Virus record (IMG/VR): IMGVR_UViG_3300040801_000321
Location: 1-55,489 of that record
DNA: 55,489 nucleotides
Strand: one strand, 5' to 3'
Origin: a virus
The notes under the pieces are model-generated. The model was not told the DNA's origin. It was given only the letters and a program-made list of their open reading frames with translations, and did no database searches. This document shows, piece by piece, positions 26,730 through 35,376 of this stretch. The position numbers were made by a program, and so were the translations under genes. Position 1 is the stretch's first letter; each line of letters opens with the position of its first letter.

Positions 26730-29468
26730 TCACAACTTCCTCACTTTATCAACCTTCAGTTTGCGGCGGCCATCCTTCAGCGAGCCACCCCACAAAAACC
26801 AATCACCCTCGCCCGACTCTTCCAGAATCAATTTGCGGAACCGCGAGAAGTTCCATCGATCAATCTGCGCCAGCATCGTATCGGAATCGTCCTCAATCAC
26901 AAGGTTGAAGAATTGGCTGTTGTTGTCGATCCGTTTGCCGCCACGCTTGTTGAGGCTCTGTGCTTCGTTCAGATCCCGCAAGTTGCGTTGGACCAGCTTA
27001 CCGATCACAACATAATACCCATCCTCCATCACCTCAATAATCTGTGACACGTGGGTGCTGTATATCTTGTGCTTTTCCGGGTGCTCATAGATGTCCCGGA
27101 ACCGCGTCATCGCAGGGAACAAATCATCAAACGGTGTCACAGCCTCATCCAGCAAACGCATCATAGCAGGCGTTTGCTGAATCCCGTTCTTGCGACGTAT
27201 GACGATCTCAAGTGCTTTCTTCGGGCCAATACCTTTCACATTCGTCAGCCCACCAACCAGCTTCCCTTCCTTGACGCTCCAATCAACCTCGCTGAGCGCA
27301 GCATCAACCGGCACATACTCGATCCCTTCCTTCACCATTTCCCGGAGCAAGCGCAAGGAAGCATCATCTGAGCGAGCATTCTTCAAACACCCCAGCGCGA
27401 ACTCTAGTGGGTGGTGCGCCTTCAGCCACGCACACCAGTACGATATGAGCCCATACGACACAGCGTGACTCTTATTAAACGCCCATGATCCAAATGTACA
27501 GATATTGTCCCAGATCGTCCGTGCGCTCTTCGCGTCCAGCCCGTTCTCAATCGCCCCAGCACAGAACTGTTCCCAGTACTTGCCGAAGAATTCATCACCC
27601 AGCGATTTTGACATTGCTTTTCGCAGGGTAGAAACATCCTCCCACGACAGCTTACCGATCTCACGCGCAACCAGCATCACTTGTTCTTGGTAGATCACGG
27701 TGCCGAAGGTTTCCCCGGTAAACGCCTGCATCATCGGGTGCTGGTACACGACCTCGCCACCACACCTGCGTTCAATCCACTCACTAGTCCCACCCGAGTG
27801 GAGTGGCCCGGGACGTGCCAGCGCAGTAAGCGCCACGATGTCCTCGAAACGTTCCACCCGGGCCTGTCGGGTGATCATGCGCACAGCATCACCCTCAAAC
27901 TGGAATATCCCGGCCAGCCGCATATCTTGGAATACCTTGAACGCATCCGCATCATCCAGCGGCAGCCGGTACAAAGTCTCAAACGTCAGCGTCTCATCGC
28001 CAATAGCCTCCAGCGTATCCCCGATCACGCTGAGTGTGCGCAGTCCCAGCGCATCAATCTTCAGAATGTTCAGCTCTTCTGCGGCTTTCTTATCCATCTG
28101 CGTAACCGCATCCCGGGCCACAGAGCAGTAATTCTGGACTGGCTCGTTGCAGATAATGTAGCCTGCTGCGTGCTGGCCGCTCTGCCTCGCGTGGCCTTCC
28201 AGCCGCGCAGCCAGTCGCATCTTCGGGTACTTCCGCAGAAACTCCTGACCAACGTCCAGCGCAAACGTATCCTCAAGGCAAAACGCAGCACGAGCGTCAC
28301 CAGAGCTGCGCTCAACAATCGCCTGCTTAATCGTTTCGGTTTCATACGCCGGAACGTTGAGTGCCTTTGCTACGTCTATCAATGCGCTGCGCGGTTTATA
28401 CGTCATGACAGTCCCGAGATGGCCGACCTTGTCTGCGCCATACTTGCGCACAATATAGTCCCACACCATCTCCCGTTTCGAGTCCGGGAAGTCAATATCA
28501 ATATCCGGCAGATCTTCGCGGTTGATGTCGATAAACCGTTCAAAGATCAAGCCATGCTGCAGCGGGTCGATCTCAGTGATGCGGGTAAGAAAGCAGACCA
28601 GCGAACCAGCAGACGATCCCCGCGACGGGCCAACAAACATATGCTGCTTCGCGTAAGCCACCAGATCAGCAATCACAAGGAAATAGTCAGCAAACCCCTT
28701 CAACGCAATAAGCTCAAGCTCACGCTTCAGCCGCGCACAATACACCTCATCATGCACAAATCCGCGCACAGACATCTCATGCCAGCACATATCCGCCAGC
28801 GTAACGTTAGGGTCATCGACGCCATAGTGAATATTCTCAGCCGCAGACAGCTCAATCATTGGTAAGTCAGCCAGCCACTTCTCAGTCGCCTCAACCGGCA
28901 ACCCGCGAGCAAACAACTCATCCCCGCTCATGATGTGTCCGGGGTGGGCGAGTGTCTTGCCGGTATACAGCTGCCAGATTTCCCGGTCACTCACCCGGGG
29001 ATAGAAGTTGAATGATGTTGCGAGTTGGCGTGTACCCTTGCGCACGCTCGATCCCGGCACGCACAAGTCCCACCAGTCCAGCCCATCCAGCCTCAACCCA
29101 CCAAAGCTCAACACAGCCCCGCCGAAGTCCATCAGATCCCGGAGCCACAAGCGTGGGCGATAGTAAAAGTGCTCCGGATCGTGCGCCCGGGTGTTGAGCT
29201 GGTAAATCCGGGTCAGATCGTCGCGGCAACGCGGCACCAGCACAAGCCTCGCGCCCCGGGCACGCTCTTTCTCACCTTCCCCTACCACCTCTACAGCCAG
29301 CCCCAGCACCGGACGTTTCCGGGCCTTACGCATGGCCTTGTAGAACGGGATGTGGCCCCACGTATTCGGATCAGCATAGACCGCGACGTCACCCGCGCAC
29401 TCCACCACACTCGGCACATGACCATAGACTTCCTTGAAGCTGTACTCAGTCCTTACAACGAGCATCAT
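26730..29468 (-). CDS. dnaE: DNA polymerase III alpha subunit-like replicative polymerase (DnaE family)
   Basis: FADYFLVIADLVAYAKQHMFVGPSRGSSAGSLVCFLTRITEIDPLQHGLIFERFIDINREDLPDIDIDF is a typical DnaE palm/fingers signature. The N-terminal PHP-like region appears degenerate. Confidence 0.85.
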   Translation of the reverse strand: MMLVVRTEYSFKEVYGHVPSVVECAGDVAVYADPNTWGHIPFYKAMRKARKRPVLGLAVEVVGEGEKERARGARLVLVPRCRDDLTRIYQLNTRAHDPEHFYYRPRLWLRDLMDFGGAVLSFGGLRLDGLDWWDLCVPGSSVRKGTRQLATSFNFYPRVSDREIWQLYTGKTLAHPGHIMSGDELFARGLPVEATEKWLADLPMIELSAAENIHYGVDDPNVTLADMCWHEMSVRGFVHDEVYCARLKRELELIALKGFADYFLVIADLVAYAKQHMFVGPSRGSSAGSLVCFLTRITEIDPLQHGLIFERFIDINREDLPDIDIDFPDSKREMVWDYIVRKYGADKVGHLGTVMTYKPRSALIDVAKALNVPAYETETIKQAIVERSSGDARAAFCLEDTFALDVGQEFLRKYPKMRLAARLEGHARQSGQHAAGYIICNEPVQNYCSVARDAVTQMDKKAAEELNILKIDALGLRTLSVIGDTLEAIGDETLTFETLYRLPLDDADAFKVFQDMRLAGIFQFEGDAVRMITRQARVERFEDIVALTALARPGPLHSGGTSEWIERRCGGEVVYQHPMMQAFTGETFGTVIYQEQVMLVAREIGKLSWEDVSTLRKAMSKSLGDEFFGKYWEQFCAGAIENGLDAKSARTIWDNICTFGSWAFNKSHAVSYGLISYWCAWLKAHHPLEFALGCLKNARSDDASLRLLREMVKEGIEYVPVDAALSEVDWSVKEGKLVGGLTNVKGIGPKKALEIVIRRKNGIQQTPAMMRLLDEAVTPFDDLFPAMTRFRDIYEHPEKHKIYSTHVSQIIEVMEDGYYVVIGKLVQRNLRDLNEAQSLNKRGGKRIDNNSQFFNLVIEDDSDTMLAQIDRWNFSRFRKLILEESGEGDWFLWGGSLKDGRRKLKVDKVRKL

Positions 29469-29637
29469 GCCACCTCTCGCGCATCCCATCAGAGCACAGC
29501 GAGCACATCCCTTCCCACACTAGGTCGCGCCCACAACCTGCACAAATCTCATCACTGCTCTGGTGAGAAGTTGAAGTGGGTTCCTGCGTCCACTTCCCGG
29601 TACGCTTCGTCAAGTCTCTTTCCACAGGTTCCGACAT
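29446..29637 (-). CDS. Possible CxxC...CxxC zinc-ribbon ORF (overlapping)
   Basis: 63-aa ORF containing EICAGCGRDLVWEGMCSLC. It overlaps the 3' end of 29552..29740 by 86 nt and the dnaE start. There is no in-frame start downstream of 29552. Confidence 0.3.
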   Translation of the reverse strand: MSEPVERDLTKRTGKWTQEPTSTSHQSSDEICAGCGRDLVWEGMCSLCSDGMRERWHDARCKD

Positions 29638-29740
29638 AACTCACCCCGTCCTTCATCCACGAATAAGCATACAGCGCATCCCGGAAGCCACGCTTGTACG
29701 CAGCCTCTGGCGTATCAGTCTCACTCTTCCAATCGTCCAT
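29552..29740 (-). CDS. Hypothetical protein
   Basis: 62-aa ORF overlapping the exonuclease stop by 20 nt. Confidence 0.45.
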   Translation of the reverse strand: MDDWKSETDTPEAAYKRGFRDALYAYSWMKDGVSYVGTCGKRLDEAYREVDAGTHFNFSPEQ

Positions 29741-30260
29741 TGTGCTTCCTCCAGCATGCTAGCAAAAGTTTGCAGTCGTCCAGCGCACGATGCGTCTGGC
29801 CTGCGGGTTTGCTGAAGAGATGCTCATACCATTTCTCCAGCTTCATGTATCGTCCGTTGTTGTATGTGGCGCTTACCTCCGCAGTGTCCACAACCTCCGG
29901 GCACCACGGGAACCGGCGCACAAGATCCAACCGCTCAAGCTCAAACCCAAGCAGCCCCAGATCGAATGCCGCGTTGTGCGCAACCAAAGTACCAGCACCA
30001 AGCCAAAAGTCACTCAACCGGGGCAGGATGCGGGCGAATCTTGGCTGGCCGCGCAAATTTTCATCCGTCAGTCCGGTGATCTTGGTAATGATTGGCGGCA
30101 ACGGGATACCCGGATCAACAAGCATGCTCAGCTCGTCTTGAATCTCTAGCGTTACTGGGCAGACCTTGATGGCACCTATCTCAATGATGTGGGGCTGTTG
30201 TTCGAGTGGCAGCACTGGATTCTCGATCAGCCCAGTCGTTTCGCAGTCGAAGATAATCAT
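29721..30260 (-). CDS. DEDDh 3'-5' exonuclease (DnaQ/epsilon-like)
   Basis: The three exonuclease motifs are present: Exo I IIFDCETTGL, Exo II VAHNAAFDLG and Exo III HRALDDCK. Confidence 0.85.
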   Translation of the reverse strand: MIIFDCETTGLIENPVLPLEQQPHIIEIGAIKVCPVTLEIQDELSMLVDPGIPLPPIITKITGLTDENLRGQPRFARILPRLSDFWLGAGTLVAHNAAFDLGLLGFELERLDLVRRFPWCPEVVDTAEVSATYNNGRYMKLEKWYEHLFSKPAGQTHRALDDCKLLLACWRKHNGRLEE

Positions 30261-30757
30261 GCCTTCACCAGCTGAACGAACAGCGCGAGATTGCGCTCAA
30301 CGATCCCCATGATGAAGCAGCAATGAACCGACAGGTGCCAGTGGATCTTGTGCTTGTTGTAGTATGGGGTATTGAATAGAACCTTGAAGGTGTCCTCTGT
30401 GAAGAAATGCTTGTGATCAAGATCATGGTGTGCCATTTCGCTCTTGTAATACGGCACGACGATATTCATCACAGCGCCCTTGCGCATTACCCGTTGGCAC
30501 TCTAGCAGCACACGTACCGGATCGACGCAGTGTTCCAGAAAATGGTAAGCGTGAATCTCCACCACGCTATCAGCATCAAACGGAATCTCATCCCGGTCAG
30601 CATTCCACTCCGGATAGTCCAGCGGCAACGCGCCCATGATGCGGTGGTTGCCTGCGCCTAGATTAAGGCGCACACCATCCATCATACTCGTATCCAGCAG
30701 TGGCGGGATTTCACGCTTCATTCCCAGCTGGAAAAACTCCTGAATAAATATCATCAC
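30257..30757 (-). CDS. Class I SAM-dependent methyltransferase
   Basis: Motif I is VRLNLGAGNH, followed by acidic and FLEH motifs. ATGA overlaps are present on both sides. Confidence 0.6.
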   Translation of the reverse strand: MMIFIQEFFQLGMKREIPPLLDTSMMDGVRLNLGAGNHRIMGALPLDYPEWNADRDEIPFDADSVVEIHAYHFLEHCVDPVRVLLECQRVMRKGAVMNIVVPYYKSEMAHHDLDHKHFFTEDTFKVLFNTPYYNKHKIHWHLSVHCCFIMGIVERNLALFVQLVKA

Positions 30758-30972
30758 TCAACCTCGCTCACGATCTTCTCAACAACCCCGCTGCAGAAGA
30801 ACACGCGGTGCTCGCAATTCGGGCAGCGCCAGTACAACGAGTCAGTCCAGTGCGCGCCCAGATAGGCACCCTCCAGCTTCCCGGTTTCCTCGCAGATCTC
30901 ATCAGCATCCGGGCACAAGAACGATTGCCCAAACGCGAACTCTTCGCCAACCTTCGCACGTCGCAGCTTCAT
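30754..30972 (-). CDS. Small Cys-rich protein
   Basis: 72 aa with CPDADEIC...CPNCEHRVFFC, which is zinc-ribbon-like. Confidence 0.5.
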   Translation of the reverse strand: MKLRRAKVGEEFAFGQSFLCPDADEICEETGKLEGAYLGAHWTDSLYWRCPNCEHRVFFCSGVVEKIVSEVE

Positions 30973-31283
30973 GATGGGTCGCTTCGCTCAATAGATTCCA
31001 GCATGAAAGCATACACGCCCAGATCGTGCACCGAATCGACATGCCCCGGGACTCCGGGCTGAAAGCTCGCCATATATCGCATCAGCTTGTCTACAATCTT
31101 GTGGACGAGTGCGAAGCGATTGTGGTCGTGTGAGCTCATGTCGTTGAGCTTGATACCGTACATTTCGATCAGGCACTCCATGATCACGCCGAAGTGCTTG
31201 TAAGAATCCCCATACTGAACGTTGCGGGTCTGGAACGTATCGCGTGCCAGTTCCAGTATCTCCGGCACAGTTACCTTACTCAT
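30969..31283 (-). CDS. DUF1599-like (nucleotide-modification-associated) protein
   Basis: 104 aa. The pattern RNVQYGDSYKHFG...KIVDKLMRY...DSVHDLGVYA resembles the DUF1599 layout as I remember it. Confidence 0.4.
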   Translation of the reverse strand: MSKVTVPEILELARDTFQTRNVQYGDSYKHFGVIMECLIEMYGIKLNDMSSHDHNRFALVHKIVDKLMRYMASFQPGVPGHVDSVHDLGVYAFMLESIERSDPS

Positions 31284-31503
31284 CAGTCAGCTCTCCCTGA
31301 TAATAGAAACAGTCATTTTGGTTGAGAAGATTGCAAGCAAACTTCATCAGCTCTTTGAGACGTAGCTTGTGGATGTAGACGTGTACCTTTGCTGCGCCTC
31401 CATTCACCAGCATCCTGCGCTTCGCGATTGCCTGCTGCTTGTCGTCGGTGTACCAGCAGCCACCCTTCCACGACACCTCATAAATCACGCGCTTTATGGA
31501 CAC
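31276..31503 (-). CDS. Hypothetical protein
   Basis: 75-aa ORF with short overlaps onto both neighbours. Confidence 0.5.
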   Translation of the reverse strand: MSIKRVIYEVSWKGGCWYTDDKQQAIAKRRMLVNGGAAKVHVYIHKLRLKELMKFACNLLNQNDCFYYQGELTDE

Positions 31504-31760
31504 GGCGGGAAACTCAGCGCATAATCGAAAAAGTCACTCGCACTGCTGATGTTGTATGCGACGTAACGCTGCCCATTGACGCGGTTAACGTATAGCGTCA
31601 TGCGCTTCGACAACGGCCACCAGCTGATGCGGTCTGATCCGAGTGCTGTTGTGATATGGGTCGCTGGCCCTGAGTTGTGGGTGCCGATGACGATGAACTT
31701 TTCCTTCGGCAACTTGCGATGTGCTGCTTCTGCTAGCAGCTCTTTCTTCCAGTCCTTCAC
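31494..31760 (-). CDS. Hypothetical protein
   Basis: The ORF is open to 31814. GTG at 31760 is preferred because it overlaps the thyX stop in a GTGA arrangement. Confidence 0.45.
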   Translation of the reverse strand: MKDWKKELLAEAAHRKLPKEKFIVIGTHNSGPATHITTALGSDRISWWPLSKRMTLYVNRVNGQRYVAYNISSASDFFDYALSFPPCP

Positions 31761-32569
31761 ATTGTCCTCCCTTTGTCTGCTATTGGCTTTGCCTCGTGGC
31801 GCAACTCGTTCCATTTCTTTTCACAAACACGCTTCACCTGATCCCGGTTTGCGATGGCGCCACCGTCCCAAGTGAAGCGATGAATTGGGCACTCTTTGTA
31901 GCGTGGAAAGGCGCATGTCCCGGACTGGACGCACTGCACCTCGATCCAGCCTGCAAAGTACGGGTGGACGTGATAGACCAGATCCCGCATCATTCTAAAC
32001 ACGCTCTGGTATTCGCCTTGTACCCGGGTACACAACCGCACCAGCGCCATCTCGTGTAGCGTCCGGAGATTGAAGCGTGCGATGATGCTGGTTGCTACAT
32101 GCGTCGGCAGCAGCGCCCGGGCATCCTGCGCGTGGAATCCTAGTTCCAACGCAGCACGATACATGTCCATCTCATCATCCAGCGCCGACGCAAGCCAATC
32201 AGCCTTGCTGATTTTTGCTGATGGGGTGATGGGCTCGTCTGCGAGGAATGGTGGCAGCACATAATCCTCCACCTCACTCACAGTGCGCTGCGACTGCTGC
32301 GCGTAGCTGCCGTTGCGTGACCGGACAAGCTGATGGGTGAAGGCGCGTGAGACGTTCTCAATCTCAAACGTATAACTGACGAACTCCCAGCTGCTCTTAA
32401 TTGTATCCTTCATGTACCCAAGGTGCTCGATCTTTTGCTCCATGGGCCAACGTGCGATGGTGTCGATTGTCTCCCCGGCTTTCAGCCGCGTATTCTTGGT
32501 GTAGATTAGAATGTCGAGTGCGTTGGGCTGGAAGTCGATCAGCCTCACGCTTGGTGTTACTGCTGGCAT
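31757..32569 (-). CDS. thyX: Flavin-dependent thymidylate synthase (ThyX family) with a variant signature
   Basis: FTHQLVRSRNGSYAQQSQRTV aligns with the ThyX RHRxxSxxxxSxRY signature, but it reads RSR...RT. Confidence 0.7.
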   Translation of the reverse strand: MPAVTPSVRLIDFQPNALDILIYTKNTRLKAGETIDTIARWPMEQKIEHLGYMKDTIKSSWEFVSYTFEIENVSRAFTHQLVRSRNGSYAQQSQRTVSEVEDYVLPPFLADEPITPSAKISKADWLASALDDEMDMYRAALELGFHAQDARALLPTHVATSIIARFNLRTLHEMALVRLCTRVQGEYQSVFRMMRDLVYHVHPYFAGWIEVQCVQSGTCAFPRYKECPIHRFTWDGGAIANRDQVKRVCEKKWNELRHEAKPIADKGRTM

Positions 32570-32571
32570 GC

Positions 32572-33516
32572 TTACCTCGCATCATACAGTTTTGCAAAAT
32601 ACCCATCAGAGTTGATGAGACGTTCTATCGCCGCGATGTCGTCATAAACGTCATCCAGCAGAATGTTGCGCCAAGTACCAAACCGGCCAAGGCTATAAAT
32701 TCTCAGCCGCATCGTCATGTCCAAAATGAACTGACGCCGCACACGCTCGTCCACCGGCGCAATCTTCCCATACTTCTGATCCTGCCGTTCTAGAAACTGC
32801 ATCTGGTTTCGCTTCATGCCGAAGGAATAGCAGACCTCGCCAATCTCAATGCCGTCAGGGTCGATGTCGTCAACAGACTCAACAATCAGATCCTCGCCAG
32901 TCAGCGTTGCGCGGTAAACCGGCAAATCAGGCTCAGGATAGTAAATTGTTTGATAGACCGCGCAATCAGGAACGTGGAAACGGTGGACGATGATTTTCTT
33001 GTGCTGAAAACTAGAGTCGAAACTTAGCTCATGGTTGGTGATTGATGCGAGAATGTGCATCGGAAGAGTGCTGACGATTGCGTTGATAGACCTATCAAAG
33101 CGAGACGCACCAGCATGGATGAAGCTGTCGTCAATGTAGCCGACCTTCGTGCCCCACCAGATTCGCACGCCCAGTTTCTCGATCAGCCGCAGGTGCAGAT
33201 CGTCCGGGGCAACGTACCGAACAGCAGTGTCAAGGTTCCAGATGCTGCGGTCAAGAATCTTGCCATTACACTTCGCGCTGTATTGGTTCGCGAAACGGAT
33301 GTCTGGCCGGACAAAATTTGAGCCTGTCCAGATCCCCTTGCGGACGGTTACTTGCTTGAATGGTATGCCGACTGCCTTGCCAATCTCGTTGCTGCGGAAC
33401 CGAAGTACAGCGCGATGCTGTGGGCGCTTGAACTCTGTACTCGCTTCGATGACTATTGCTGATGGGTTGATGATGCCGGCGATACAGCCTGCAAGCCCTG
33501 CTCCCAAGATGAACAT
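32572..33516 (-). CDS. FAD/NAD(P)-binding Rossmann protein (UDP-galactopyranose mutase-like?)
   Basis: The N-terminus MFILGAGLAGCIAG is a GxGxxG dinucleotide-binding fold. The C-terminal LGRFGTWRNILLDDVYDDI resembles the UGM GRLxxYxYxxMD motif. Confidence 0.45.
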   Translation of the reverse strand: MFILGAGLAGCIAGIINPSAIVIEASTEFKRPQHRAVLRFRSNEIGKAVGIPFKQVTVRKGIWTGSNFVRPDIRFANQYSAKCNGKILDRSIWNLDTAVRYVAPDDLHLRLIEKLGVRIWWGTKVGYIDDSFIHAGASRFDRSINAIVSTLPMHILASITNHELSFDSSFQHKKIIVHRFHVPDCAVYQTIYYPEPDLPVYRATLTGEDLIVESVDDIDPDGIEIGEVCYSFGMKRNQMQFLERQDQKYGKIAPVDERVRRQFILDMTMRLRIYSLGRFGTWRNILLDDVYDDIAAIERLINSDGYFAKLYDAR

Positions 33517-33723
33517 TTACTTCCCCTTTGTAAGTGGCAGCACATCAATCAGCCGCCAGTGATTGCTACGTGGCCTGTTCATGAGCTTGCGGTAGTGGAC
33601 GCCGCACAGCAGCAGTTCGCGCCCGTCCCGATTCTTCAGCTTGTACTTCCACCGGTTCATGCAAGGCTGATCCCCTCGCAGCAGATCTTCGCACAGGTCA
33701 TCCACTTGTCTTCTCCAGCACAT
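33517..33723 (-). CDS. Small basic Cys-containing protein
   Basis: The ORF is open to 33774 and the internal ATG (MCWRRQ...) is preferred. It contains LLCGVHYRKL. Confidence 0.4.
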   Translation of the reverse strand: MCWRRQVDDLCEDLLRGDQPCMNRWKYKLKNRDGRELLLCGVHYRKLMNRPRSNHWRLIDVLPLTKGK

Positions 33724-34243
33724 CCCGGCAGATATCACTAATGGACCGGCGCAACGATGAAGCAGCCGAAGCACTCAGCGCCCTGCTGTGACACTTCCCG
33801 GGGCCAGTGGTTCCGAACTCCGCGAGCACAGTGATTTGTTCTACCGCGCAACGTAGCAGCTTGATCTGCTGCTCTTTCGAGCACTTGTGCTTGGTCAGGT
33901 ATACAGGGCCAATATCCTCCCCGGACGATCCCGCCAGCAAGCGCATCACGTCCGGGTCAGCAAGCAGTGCCTCGCGCCACTCGTCCAGCTTGTCCTCGCG
34001 CTCAGGCATGACCATTGGACCAACCCTGCGCAGCTCTTTATCATTATCCGCAATGACGATGACCGGACACAAGGCTGTGGGCCCGAGACCAGCATTGTCC
34101 ATGATGTTGTGCTGGTGCCAGTTCTCTATGATCTCATCAGGACTCGCCCCGGGTATCCTGTGAAAAAGATGGCAGTCGTACATTCCATAGACAGAGACTC
34201 GATCTGGAACTGGCACATCCGTGCCGCAGGCATCACACTTCAT
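33698..34243 (-). CDS. Hypothetical protein (first gene of the middle operon)
   Basis: The start is refined to MKCDACGTD, preceded by tatGGAGttgtgATG. The longer listed ORF translates the repeat tract as PYPYPYPY. Confidence 0.65.
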   Translation of the reverse strand: MKCDACGTDVPVPDRVSVYGMYDCHLFHRIPGASPDEIIENWHQHNIMDNAGLGPTALCPVIVIADNDKELRRVGPMVMPEREDKLDEWREALLADPDVMRLLAGSSGEDIGPVYLTKHKCSKEQQIKLLRCAVEQITVLAEFGTTGPGKCHSRALSASAASSLRRSISDICRDVLEKTSG

Positions 34244-34253
34244 CACAACTCCA

Positions 34254-34278
34254 TAGGGGTAGGGGTAGGGGTAGGGGA
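34254..34278 (+). repeat. (GGGGTA)4 tract: canonical G-quadruplex motif on the plus (template) strand
   Basis: The sequence is taGGGGtaGGGGtaGGGGtaGGGGa. On the mRNA-sense strand it reads (CCCCUA)4 and ends 3 nt before the GGAG Shine-Dalgarno of 33698..34243. Confidence 0.9.
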
Positions 34279-34320
34279 TACTGTAACGTGTCAGCTGTGC
34301 GAGTAAAAGGATTTGCACAC

Positions 34321-34358
34321 AAAAAAAAATGGGGCCAACCTCGAAAGGCTGGCCCCAA
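34321..34358 (-). terminator. Rho-independent terminator
   Basis: The minus strand reads UGGGGCCAGCC-UUUCGA-GGUUGGCCCCA, an 11-bp stem, followed by U9. It starts 8 nt after the DUF932 stop. Confidence 0.9.
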
Positions 34359-34365
34359 GTCATAT

Positions 34366-35355
34366 TCATGCGACAAGCTGTTCTGCTTCCTCCCAAGCAC
34401 GAGCCTTCACAAGACGATTGCCACCGAACCACGCATTGTTCATGCGCGTTGATGTGGTGCGTCCGGACTCGTGATCAGTGAAGCGTGTGACTGCGTTAAC
34501 CGCACCCCACAGCGTACCGTTCGCAGACTTCAGCTCTGCGCCCGGACCTGCGGAATACAGCGTCAGCATTCGCTTGATCTTCTGGCTGTTGGCGGTGATG
34601 TCGTGCTCTGTGACACCCTCTTCGGTGTCTAGGCCGATGGCCTTGAAGAAAAAGCGCACAGCATCATCTTCGCTGATCTTCTGCTTCGCCATCTTGGCGG
34701 CTTTCTTCTCAAAGGCGCCAAACGAATCACCAATCAGCCCCAGCTCTTCCTTGATCAGCGTAGCATCAAACTCGCGTGTGTGCGGAACCCGGATGCGTGA
34801 GCTTGGACGCTCAGCAACGGAAAACTCCAGCGTGTTCTGGCACACTACCCGGACAGATGTGAACTGCCCGATTGTTGCGAGTGACTTGTCGCAGGAAGTT
34901 GCCAACAGCAAGTAAGGCTGGATCAGATCCTGACCCTGAATGCGCGCTTCATACTTCGCACGCGCCAGTGCCCAGACCTTCCGGCCACCATCGAGTGAGC
35001 CCGCAGTCTCAATGCGGAAGTCGCCCGATGCCCCAACAAGCTCCCGGTAAAATTCCAGAATCTCGTTGGGCTGGACAACGTTGTAACCATCCGACACAAC
35101 GCTCAAAGGCATCTGCGTGTCGTCGCGGTAAATGACCATGCGGTCACTGTACTCAACAATGTCCATTTTCTTCGCTGTGGGCTTGCTGATGTCGAAGAGT
35201 ACTGGCGCCTGCACGAGATTGAAATTCAACCCCGCAGCAATGCGCCACTCTTCGATGGTTGAGTCTGGGTCAATTGACTGGCCCAGACCATGCCACGGAA
35301 CGTCGCCAACATATGCCATGTTAGCACGCTCATTAGAAAAGTCGATCATGTGCAT
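34366..35355 (-). CDS. DUF932 family protein (phage/plasmid-like protein)
   Basis: The N-terminus ...MAYVGDVPWHGLGQSI... and the 329-aa size are typical of DUF932. RBS is GAGG. Confidence 0.7.
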   Translation of the reverse strand: MHMIDFSNERANMAYVGDVPWHGLGQSIDPDSTIEEWRIAAGLNFNLVQAPVLFDISKPTAKKMDIVEYSDRMVIYRDDTQMPLSVVSDGYNVVQPNEILEFYRELVGASGDFRIETAGSLDGGRKVWALARAKYEARIQGQDLIQPYLLLATSCDKSLATIGQFTSVRVVCQNTLEFSVAERPSSRIRVPHTREFDATLIKEELGLIGDSFGAFEKKAAKMAKQKISEDDAVRFFFKAIGLDTEEGVTEHDITANSQKIKRMLTLYSAGPGAELKSANGTLWGAVNAVTRFTDHESGRTTSTRMNNAWFGGNRLVKARAWEEAEQLVA

Positions 35356-35376
35356 AATTCACCTCACTCTTATCGT

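Noticed and set aside
25972-28865. Long plus-strand ORFs opposite real genes (25972..27015, 347 aa; 27681..28865, 394 aa; 4491..5339; 17646..18335; and similar)
   Set aside because: They lie antisense to genes with clear motifs (DnaE, fibre, capsid). They have Arg/Ser/Pro-rich shadow-frame composition and no RBS or coupling pattern.
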